Program-made: the position numbers and the translations under genes
Shown: one piece after another, positions 54,291-64,000 of the stretch
Position numbering within the stretch: position 1 is the first letter of the stretch
Layout: each line of letters opens with the position of its first letter
From: Antedon mediterranea
Lineage: Eukaryota; Animalia; Echinodermata
NCBI RefSeq assembly: GCF_964355755.1
Contig: NC_092674.1
Coordinates: 12,896,001-12,960,000, forward strand
Length of the DNA: 64,000 bases
Direction of reading: 5' to 3'
The notes under the pieces: generated by a model
Database searches by the model: none
The model's input: the letters and a program-made list of their open reading frames with translations, nothing else
Told to the model about the DNA's origin: nothing

Positions 54291-55796
54291 ATAAATGCGC
54301 ACTGAAGGCAGAGGAGGCGTTCCATAGTATAAACGATAAAAATAAACGAGAAACATGGTGTTCTTTTATTATTTTTAGCCATGAAATGTCTTGTTCTATG
54401 TACACGGCCGAAAAAAGGTGTGTGGCGTATTAGGCGTTTTATTGATTTGTGTTATAGACAGGGCGATTACTGCAATCATTGTTTACTAAATTACATTGAG
54501 TTATTCACTGTATTCACTATTCGGCTGTATGGTATATATCTGAGGTTAACAGACCACCAAAGCACAGTCGTACACTAAACACATGTACTATCGAGGCATT
54601 TTCGGAGTGCCGCATTACCAAATGTTCATTTCGTTTGAAGTGTTTCTCGATCAAAGCTTATTATTAGTTCTTCGAAAAAGATCCGTACAGTATTTAGGAA
54701 GGATTTCAAAACCCACCTCTGTTTCGCGCGTACGGTCTCCCCGTCGGGGATTTCGGCCCCGCGCCGTTGGGCAAATCCTGGCACCACCACTGATTTTCAC
54801 CATCACCTACTAACAATGCAATGTCTTATGTAAGCATATATAATCAAACATTTACCTAGATTTTCCAAATAATTATGAAAATTACCAATAAAAACAAAAA
54901 CTGTACAATTTGACAACCATTTTTTCAAACTTACCATTGTTTACATTTGCTAGGCCGATCGATTAATTTTCGAAACTTCGGGGTGTAAATAATTTCGTAA
55001 AGTCTGAGTTCTGCTTAAGTACTTTACTATTTCAAAACAATCGGTAATTAACAAACTTAAGTTATATTCTAACGAATAGTATAAAAATGGTTTTATAATA
55101 TTTATGACGAAATTGATTAAATTAATTTAAAGTGTACTAAATAAAAGTTATAAACGTCGCGAAAGTTGAACGAGATTCAACCACTCGCGCGGCTTCACAC
55201 TAGTGTGTGTACTCAGGCACATATCACGTCTAACAATATTGAGGGCGCTTGAATGTTTCTATTTATTTTACATTGCTTGAGACAGCTGTTTGTTGGGTCA
55301 ATGCACTCGGTATAAAAACTTAAATTACAGTTGTATAAAATCCACTGTGGCAATAGCATCCACGTGGTATTTATTTAATTGTATACCGAAACAATAGTAC
55401 GATAGCAACTGCAGGCCTGACAAGCAAGTTTTAATATCCTCATCACAATGTGACTGTCAATTACCAACATCCATCGGGAAGCAGTCAAAATATTGCCTTA
55501 AAAGGAAATTGTAACAAAGGTAATGAAATATATGATAATTTAAAACTGAATTTAAATATATAGATTCATTATCACGTGGTTTCAATTAAAAGTTATTATA
55601 CAGTATTTATTTATTCCAAAAATGGCCAACAAAAAATAAACAGTGACCATTGTTGTCTAGGGATGCAAATTTAAAATGTAGCCAGGTTTTTACTTTAAAT
55701 TCTAAATTAGGATGTTTAATTACTATATTTTTAAAATAAATTTTAAGCCGAAACTAAAAATATAGATAATGGTTTTTGAACACACTGCAGTTGTTT

Positions 55797-56440
55797 ATCT
55801 TCAAATAGATAGCACCCTATTTCAATTATAGCACCCTATTCTATTTTAAATGGATAGCATGCCCTGTTCCAAATGGATAGCACCCTGTTTCAAATTGATA
55901 GCACCCTGTTTCAAATGGATAGCATCCTGTTTCAAATAGTTAGCACCGTGTTTCAAATGGATAGCACTCTGTTTCAAATGGATATCACTCTGTTTCAAAT
56001 GGATATCGATCTGTTTCAAATGGATAGCACCCTGTTTCAAATGGATAGCACCCTGTTTCAAATGGATAGCACCCTGTTTCAAATTGATAGCACCCTGTTT
56101 CAACTTGATAGCACCCTATTTCAAATGAATAGCACTCTGTTTCAAATGTATAGCACCCTGTTTCAAATTGATAGCACCCTGTTTCAAATGGATAGCACTC
56201 TGTTTCAATTGGATAGCTATCTGTTTCAAATGGATAGCACCCTGTTTCAAATGGATAGCACCCTGTTTCAAATGGATAGCACCCTGTTTCAAATTGATAG
56301 CACCCTGTTTCAAATTGATAGCACCCTGTTTCAAATGGATAGCACTCTGTTTCAATTGGATAGCTCTCTGTTTCAAATTGATAGCACCCTGTTTCAAATT
56401 GATAGCAACTTGTTTCAAATTGATAGTACCCTGTTTCTAA
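55797..56440. repeat. Minisatellite, ~30 x 21 bp (TTTCAAATGGATAGCACCCTG)
   Basis: Direct tandem units, with 7-aa periodic ORFs on both strands. Confidence 0.96.
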
Positions 56441-56734
56441 TTGAAATGACGTGGATCATCATGGACACTTGACAGCATTTTGTTGTCATAAGAACGTCAA
56501 GGTAAAATAGATACTCAATACAGAATTGATTTTTGTAAACGAAATGTATTATACATTTGGTTACTTCTGTAATGATGTAAACACTTTACAACAATTGGTA
56601 CTACTAATCATGTATAAGAACGTAAGATGCAAATAATATAATTGTTAAACTACATTATACTGTACATGAAACTTATAATATACAGTATATTATATTATAT
56701 AAATATTTGAACGTAACATCTACGAATTTATAAT

Positions 56735-57005
56735 GTGATATTGCTAGGATTTCTACAGTCAAAATGAAAAGAAGGGCTGACAGGGGGCATCTCTGTCTAA
56801 TACCATTTTTCATTTCAAAAGCTTCTGAGCTCCAGCCGTTGTTCATTACATAATTAATATTCAATTAATAAAATCTTTACCTAAGTTGAAGGCTTCAAGG
56901 GTCTTAATCGTAACATTTCTATCAATTGAATCAAAAGCTTTACAGAAGACTAAAGAAATCAGAGCACCATAACTATTTTCATTTTCTACATAATACTTAA
57001 TATTT
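56735..57005 (-). pseudogene. L1/Tx1-clade reverse transcriptase fragment
   Basis: Minus strand ...LISLVFCKAFDSIDR...LEAFNLGKDFI then NNGWSSEAFEMKNGIRQRCPLSALLFILTVEILA. Confidence 0.78.
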
Positions 57006-57899
57006 GTAGGCAGCATTTGTAATTTACTTTATGCGATTTGGCCAAGTTTGATTTTTCACTTTCATGTGGTGGTCAATAGCATCATAAGAAACAAATTTCA
57101 ACTTAGTGTCCAACTTTTAGATGCGTTTTTCACCGTGTGGGGGCGCTTTCTCAAAATGGCCGCCTATATCATATCTCGACAACCGCTTACTCTAGAAACT
57201 CAATTATGCTCTCAAATTGTTCGTAATACACATATTTATATTTATCTTAATGACAAGTTTCATACAATAATTACCAGAAGTACCACTTCTGACCTTTTGA
57301 CCTTTTAACCTCGACCTTGATCATATCTCGTCTTATGATTTTCATTTTGGTCTCAAAGTGTTCATAATGTGCATATTTATATTTGTCTTAATAGAACATT
57401 TTCTTCTAAAATGACTAGAAAATATATTTCTGACACATAACATAATATATTTACATAAAGACTTTATTTTGTTACACATTTAAACAAATTTGAACATCCA
57501 AAATCCAAATTGTTAAATTGTAAACTGTTTGAATATTTTAAATAATCAATCAATTGGATCGGATTTTGTTTATTTTAGGACCACGTGTGTCAAGGGATCA
57601 GTAGGTAATTAGCAAAATAAAAATTATAATGCAAATTAATAAAGATTAAATTAAATATATTCATAAAGACTCAAAGTATAGGCCTACTGTGGGGAATAGT
57701 ATATAAAATTACATCGGGAGAACTAGTGATAAGACCTTTTGTTTTAAATCCAGTGATACCCCGATAGCCGAGTTATTGAGTAAGCTCTCAGGAATAACTG
57801 TTGCCGGTGGTCTAGGATGGTTCCTGTGAAATATATTTAAATATGGTATAAAAGTTATAATAATAATAACATGCATTGAAGTTTAGTTTTAGTTTAAGT

Positions 57900-58015
57900 T
57901 TTAGTTTAAGTTGTTTGTTTAAATGTGCCGTAGGGCCCCTCGGAAGAGCAGTTATTTTATTACTGAGAGGGCTACCCTACTGAAAGAAAACGAAATAAAT
58001 AAATAAATAAATAAA
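57900..58015 (+). mobile_element. Probable 3' end of a CR1/L2-group LINE or LINE-tailed SINE
   Basis: GTAGGG...CCCTAC stem-loop followed by an (AAAT)n tail. Confidence 0.45.
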
Positions 58016-58935
58016 CTGTGAACTATCAGTCCCGTTCGGACCCTGGACTTCTGCCAATGTTGCAATGTTGCAAGTGCTTCTTTGGTACGTGAACGCCCCA
58101 CTGTTTCGCGGTTTCAAACGTTGTTTAAACTAAATAGTGTATTAATTATACCAAATAGGATGGTATTTATTGAAATAAACGCCCAACAGGTCCCCAATAA
58201 AACACCACTTAGAATAATAATCGCCCATCCACATTCCACATAATATATTGTATTGTATTTATAACACAATTATATTGTAGTAGAATTCATTGACTACAAT
58301 TTACCAAGCATTTTTTTACCACTTTTTTTATCTATTAGAGATAGATTTTATTGATTATAACTATTACCATATTAAAACTAAAACATTAAACGTAGGCCTA
58401 TCCCTCAGAATAAGCACCTACCTCAATGAAATACGCCCCCACCTCTTCCCAAAAGGCCAACCTCCCCCCTCCCCCCACCCACCCCCTTCCTAGAGGGGGA
58501 GGGAAGCGAGCTCACCCTCTAGTGTTAAAATTTGTTTTTATTTTTATTAAATGTGTACATGCTTTTAAAAATGTACACTTATTTAGAATAAACGTAATGA
58601 TCTGTAGTTTCAAGACTTTTTGTGCCACCAACTCTCTTTTTTGTGTGTTTGTCGCCCTCTACTTGGAAAATGTTGTTAATGGAAAATTAATATGGCTGCG
58701 CCCATGCAAGCATGTTGAGATGTTGGCTAAACTAGTTATTTGCAGTATAAAACAATCACATAGAAGCTATTAAACATTAATGAATATGCAATGTAGTTGT
58801 CCATATCAGGGACATTCAACTGTACGGTAAATATCTGTACCCCTTTGATTGAGTTTACATGTTACAGTTTTATTTGCTATGTTTGTGTTTATAAATTATC
58901 ATGCCCTCTAGCTAGCTATAGCCTATGCCTACCTA

Positions 58936-59680
58936 GGAAGTAAGCGCCGTATATAATTATTGTATGACTAATCATTTTGTATAAATAATTCACAGTACGG
59001 TAAAAGCAATGTTTTAATAGTCCAAATATGTCAACATTCAAAATTCAAACTTTGAAGAATTTGATAACAGTTTGTTATGGTCACTTTTTGTGGAAAATGC
59101 ATAGTGATGTTAATGGTGAAACGATATTATTATTGTAATAAACCATAACTTATATCAATAATAATGCAATGAAATATTTATAAAAAGGTATACATTTTAT
59201 TTTCAACCCTCTGATTAATAATGGATCGATCCATTTAGTGGTCTTATAGCAGAAACTAGTTTATATAGTACTGAATGTTAACACTCGTTGTCCTGTGTCT
59301 GTTATACCAACTATGTTTGTGTTATACTTATAATTATTATACTTTGCCAACTTACCAGCTATTGCCACTGGACTTGAACACTGAACAAACTTTCCCGATA
59401 AACTCTCAATTCAACCGATTCGTAGCTGTTTACAGTACCTGCACTCCTTTGTCTATTTTCATATTATTATTTATAATAACAATATGCATACTTAAAGTTA
59501 GCACAATAATGGCACAAAAACCTTTCCACGGTATAATGACCCTTTTTATATAGATGCTCAAGTCATTGTGTAGAATTTCAATTCATAGTTTCAGTCATTC
59601 AATTCTATATAACCACAAGTACTCATGTATCAGATTATAACCTGTACCCAATATAGTATACTCTTAATGTGATACATTTT
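58936..59680 (+). repeat. ~750 bp direct duplication (paralog ~62588-63320)
   Basis: Colinear from AGTAAGCGCCGTATA to TATACTCTTA. ORFs 59275 and 62980 translate similarly. Confidence 0.88.
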
Positions 59681-59989
59681 CAAGCAAATTATATTATAAT
59701 TTTAGCACACAAAGTATATGCATAAATAAGAACCTAGTTTTCCTTATTTTCTTTATTTAACTATTCGTTTTAGCGTCCCTTTAAGTACGGATATTTATGT
59801 TAGTTAAATTGTCCTGCCTTGATACAACAATAACTTAAATTCACTTATTTAAAAAAAAATAGTATGCCTAGATTATGCATTCAGTATTCGACAACAGTTT
59901 CTGATACAGCAATTGGACGACAACAAACAATCTGTTGTCGACAACAGAGCTTATCATGGTTCACTTTATGAAGAATAACACTCATAATG

Positions 59990-60260
59990 TTAGATTCCTA
60001 ACGTTTTTTCTGTGCAACGCTAGATCATTAATAATACATTCGATGAATTTTATTCTACTGACACAGAAGTATGAGGTTATATCAGTTACAACAACGTGCT
60101 ACAGACCAGATTTACCGTCTGACACAATGTCCTCTCGTGGATGGCTTTAGGTTTAGCCTAGCGGAGTATGGTCGAAGCGGCCGCCAGTTTAATATCGTCA
60201 TTTGTATGGAATGCCATGTGCGCTTTAATCTTTGATTGTCGTTGTCTATGGCGAGTTGAG
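59990..60260 (+). pseudogene. Highly degraded LINE AP-endonuclease N-terminus (CR1/L2-like)
   Basis: FFLCNARSL...YEVISVTTTC resembles the NARSL and I-VTETW motifs. Confidence 0.45.
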
Positions 60261-60269
60261 TTACAGCCA

Positions 60270-60800
60270 AAGTTGAGTTACAATCAAACCAATCATAATT
60301 TGCGTACGGTATTGCCGGATTTTTATATCTCGTTTACATACTATCGAATCGTTTACAGTATTGTGCATTAATAATTTACGTACGGTACTGTCGAATCTTT
60401 ATATCTCATTTGCATAGTTGAGTTACAGTCAAACCAATAATAATTTGCGTACGGTATTGCCGAATTTTTATATCTCGTTTACATACTATCGAATCGTTTA
60501 CACTACTGCATTAATAATTTACGTACGTTATTGCCGAATATTTATATTTCGTTTAATTACTATCGAATCTTTACACATTATTGCATTAATAATGTACGTA
60601 CGGTACTGCCTAATCTTTATATCTCATTTACATACTATCGAATCTTTAAACACTATTGCAATAGTAATTTACGTACGGTACTGTCGAATCTTTATCTCAT
60701 TTACATACTATATAGTATCGAATCTTTATACATTATTGCATTAATAATTTACGTACGGTATTGCCGAATATTTATATATCATTTACTGTACTATCGAATC
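60270..60800. repeat. Degenerate tandem array, ~7 x 75-80 bp
   Basis: Recurrent TACGTACGGTATTGCCGAAT...CATACTATCGAATC...GCATTAATAATT. Confidence 0.88.
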
Positions 60801-61984
60801 TTTTTTATTAGTAGTAATAGGGTGTGTTATACATTAAGTGTTATTCCATTGTAATAATTATATTGTTTGTGTTTTCAATAAAGCAACGTGAGGGACGAAT
60901 ACGCCAGAGGAACGTGCACCTTCTACAGTAGACTTGCCCCAAGTCTGTATTTTCTTTTTTATTTATTTGTTTTTATTGCGACCGCGATTTTTGTCTGAAA
61001 ATACAGACTTGTGAAACGCGTATAGAAATCGATTTGTAGACTGCAAACGTCCGATAAGAATGACGTAGGTGATCATACCGTATTTGGCTATATGGGGCGG
61101 GCGGTATGTAAATATAGATTTCGAATCAACCAATGATCATCTTGTTTCAAAATGAAAAAGATCGAGTACGTACAGTGCAGAATGTACGAGACGAGACTGT
61201 TACTAAAATCGTGTTGCCAAGTTGTTTTTTTATTAATTGTTTAGTCATTGGCCTAGGCCTCTTTCGTAGAGGTCCTACTCAACTCGCACGTATGACCTGC
61301 CAAATAAAACGCCAATAAAGTAGGCCTACATACCACCGGCACACAACAAAGCTACACCACACACTACACAGAACAGGACAGGGTCTGGGTGGGAATTAAA
61401 TCAAATTATCTCCGCGTAATAAATGATCCATTCAATGTTTGATTTGCGGAGAAGCAGCCTATCTTATCAAGACGAGTTTTCATGTTCTTGGGAAAAATCC
61501 CATCAAATGTTTACCGAACTACTAGGCATATAAAATCATTTCTAGCCTTCAGAAACTTTCATCAATGTACCAAGTACACGTTGTCTAAACGTAACATAGC
61601 GCATGCGCACCATCTTAGTTGTTGAGCGTTTGAACTTCTGAAATATGAATATTAAAACGGTGTACGAGTGAGTAGCCAATCGCATGCAGCTGAAACTAGT
61701 CAACCGGATAATCGTATGCACCAAGATTTCTTGGTGTCAAACCACGTGACTTGTGCGTGTTTCCCCAGACGGAGTATCCAAAATCAAGTAGTATACGTAT
61801 GAAACGCCATATGTGCCAAAATATTTATCTTTTTACTAATATTAAGACAAAACTCCGTCTGGAACCCAGACTACTTCTACAGCACTATTCCTGGCCGGCC
61901 ACTAGTCGAGTTTTTTAGCATAAATTCACGTAATTAATTAGTTTTGTATGCATAGCTGGTAAACAACAGTAATATACGAACATC

Positions 61985-62370
61985 GGACGCTAGCTATGCC
62001 TAGCCTGACGTTGTATAGTTGCTGCATTAATTGTATTTCTGTTTTCCAGAATCTGTAATACAAACTTGGGGAAACCCGGTATTTTCGCTGAAATAAATTC
62101 TTCTACTGTATTTATTTTGGACTTCACGATCGATCGAAAGTAGGTGAATCACAAAAGAAAAACTAAAGAATCAATCCGCGCGTAATGCATGTTGGGATGT
62201 TTAGCGGGCCACTAATAATGATTAGAATCGACTTATTTTTCACATTTTTAACCGTTCACAGACGAAAAAAGTTATCACAATAGAACCATAGGCCTATAGT
62301 ATTTATTTTAACATTAAATGTAGGTTGTGACCTTAATAAATTAGATTTAAAAAACGTAGGGAATGGGACT
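61985..62370 (-). mobile_element. Partial inverted copy of the TTAA MITE at 7816-8441
   Basis: Reverse complement of ~7816-8190. Ends ACGTAGGGAATGGGACT|TTAA. Confidence 0.8.
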
Positions 62371-62587
62371 TTAAACATTTTTCATAAGAATGACTTCAAA
62401 CAGTAATTATGTAAATGTTTAGTGTCAGTAGTAACCAGCTTCTTTCAAAATTTAATAATTTATTTTCATATTTTTGTCAATTGCATTCTTGTAATACTAT
62501 GTAAGTCTCCGACTGTTACAATTCTGATTTACGAAAATAATTATTCTATTTCACTTCAAAATAGCAACACTTGCTTCTAGAACAGGT

Positions 62588-63320
62588 AGTAAGCGCCGTA
62601 TATATTGTATGGTTAATCAGTTTGTATAAATAATTCACAGTACGGTAAAAGCAAGGTTTTCAAAATGCACTGCTTATCTTTAACTAAACTTTGAAACATT
62701 TGATACCAGTAGTGGATTAGGGTCACTTTTTGTGGTAAATGCATACTGATGCTAATGGTGGAACGATATTTTTATTGTAATAAACCCTAACTAATAATGT
62801 AATGAAATATTTATACAAAGGTATACCATTTTTTTCCAACCCTCTGATTAAAAATGGATCGATCCATTTAGCGGTCTTATAGCATAAACTAGTTTCTATA
62901 GTCCTGAGTGTTAACACTCGTTGTCCTGTGTCTGTTGTACTCCACTAGGGTTGTGTTATACTTATAATATTATTATACATTGCCAACTTACCAACTATTG
63001 CCACTGGACATGAAAACTGAACAAACTTTCCCGATCCACTCTCAACTCAACCAATTCGTAGCTGTTTACAGTACCTGCACTCCTTTGTCTGTTTTCATAT
63101 TAGTATTTATAATAACAATATGTATGCTTAAATTTATCACAATAATAGTAATAGCACAAAAACCTTTCCACGGTCTAATGAACTTATTTAGAGATGCACA
63201 CATCATTGTGTAGAATTTCAATTAATATTTACAGTCATTCAATTCTATATAACCCCAGAAGTAGTCAGGTATCAGATTACATAACTTGTACACAATAATG
63301 TATACTCTTAGAGTGATAAC
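62588..63320 (+). repeat. ~750 bp direct duplication (paralog 58936-59680)
   Basis: Colinear with the first copy. Confidence 0.88.
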
Positions 63321-64000
63321 TTCGAGAAACCTAACGTACTCAATAGGTAAATGTATTTTATATGTATAATATGAAATGAAAACTCAGAGGATATAGGAAA
63401 ATAGGTAAAAAAACATCACGATTGTGTAAATCTTTGTTGAATTCAAGTATTAAGACAGTAGGATATATTATTATGGTTATGTTTAGATTGAAAAGAAACT
63501 GTTGGAAAGAAAAGAGAACGCATTTATAATATATGTCATTAATTGACGCTATTTCAAGAAACAAGAATAATAATACTAAAGAACAACATTTTAACATTAT
63601 AAATAATCATAAAACAGTCAGTCACATTTTATTCCGCATTTACTGACGAAATGTATAAAACCTGTAAACAGAGGGCGCCATCACATTTGCATCCAAGATT
63701 CTTACGTCTTGTAGGCAAAGTTGAAAAATAAATAACGTCAACGATGTTTGTCAAGATCGCATCGTGCTGCACGAAAACTGCTGTAGCCCCGAATAGGTTC
63801 CCACTTGAACTCGACGCAACGTAACGCAGCGACGAATCGACGAAAAGTGCCGTATTGCGTAATCACAAGTGGGAACCGACGACGCAACAGTGCTGCAAAC
63901 ATCAACACGGGAAATCAAATCAGTTTGATTTCACGCAACAACGCAAGGCAAAAGAACACTGGAAAACATAGTATGCCTACAGCGAGTACTTAAAACTACG

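Noticed and set aside
53424-54792. Single hAT-like MITE bounded by CAGTGGCGGATC and CACCACCACTG
   Set aside because: The ends are only loosely complementary and the flanks (CTCATAAA versus ATTTTCAC) show no TSD. They are probably unrelated fragments.
53854-56472. Heptapeptide-repeat ORFs (MQYTPIV, MDSTLFQ and others)
   Set aside because: They are open in several frames and on both strands because the 21-bp units lack stops. There are no unique domains or splice context.
63665-63682. CAGAGGGCGCC as a CTCF site
   Set aside because: Only a partial consensus match, which cannot be supported from sequence alone.

Overview
AT-rich, intron-containing animal genomic DNA, not prokaryotic. A marine invertebrate deuterostome such as an echinoderm is a guess from the repeat content. 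Transposable elements and their tandem arrays dominate the window. It holds three large non-autonomous CMC-EnSpm/CACTA-type elements with 2-bp TSDs: 12345-19416, and 32998-52526 with 34085-48916 nested inside it. The empty pre-insertion site of the outer element survives in a nearby paralog. Other mobile content: a full-length RTE LINE with one nonsense codon, a Gmr1-order (PR-INT) Gypsy fragment, a long-TIR foldback element carrying a tRNA-derived SINE, TTAA MITEs, LINE scraps and two Penelope-type minimal hammerhead ribozyme motifs. The only host gene I can support is the 5' part of a minus-strand ankyrin-repeat gene (three phase-0 coding exons, 25497-27231). The most striking unexplained signal is a large excess of TAGGCCTA (plus TAGGCTA/TAGCCTA, TACCGGTA, TACAGTA/TACTGTA). 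Internal paralog comparisons show several are 6-bp GGCCTA gains at a plain TA, consistent with DNA-transposon excision footprints. All coordinates and counts were read by eye, and identities are estimates.
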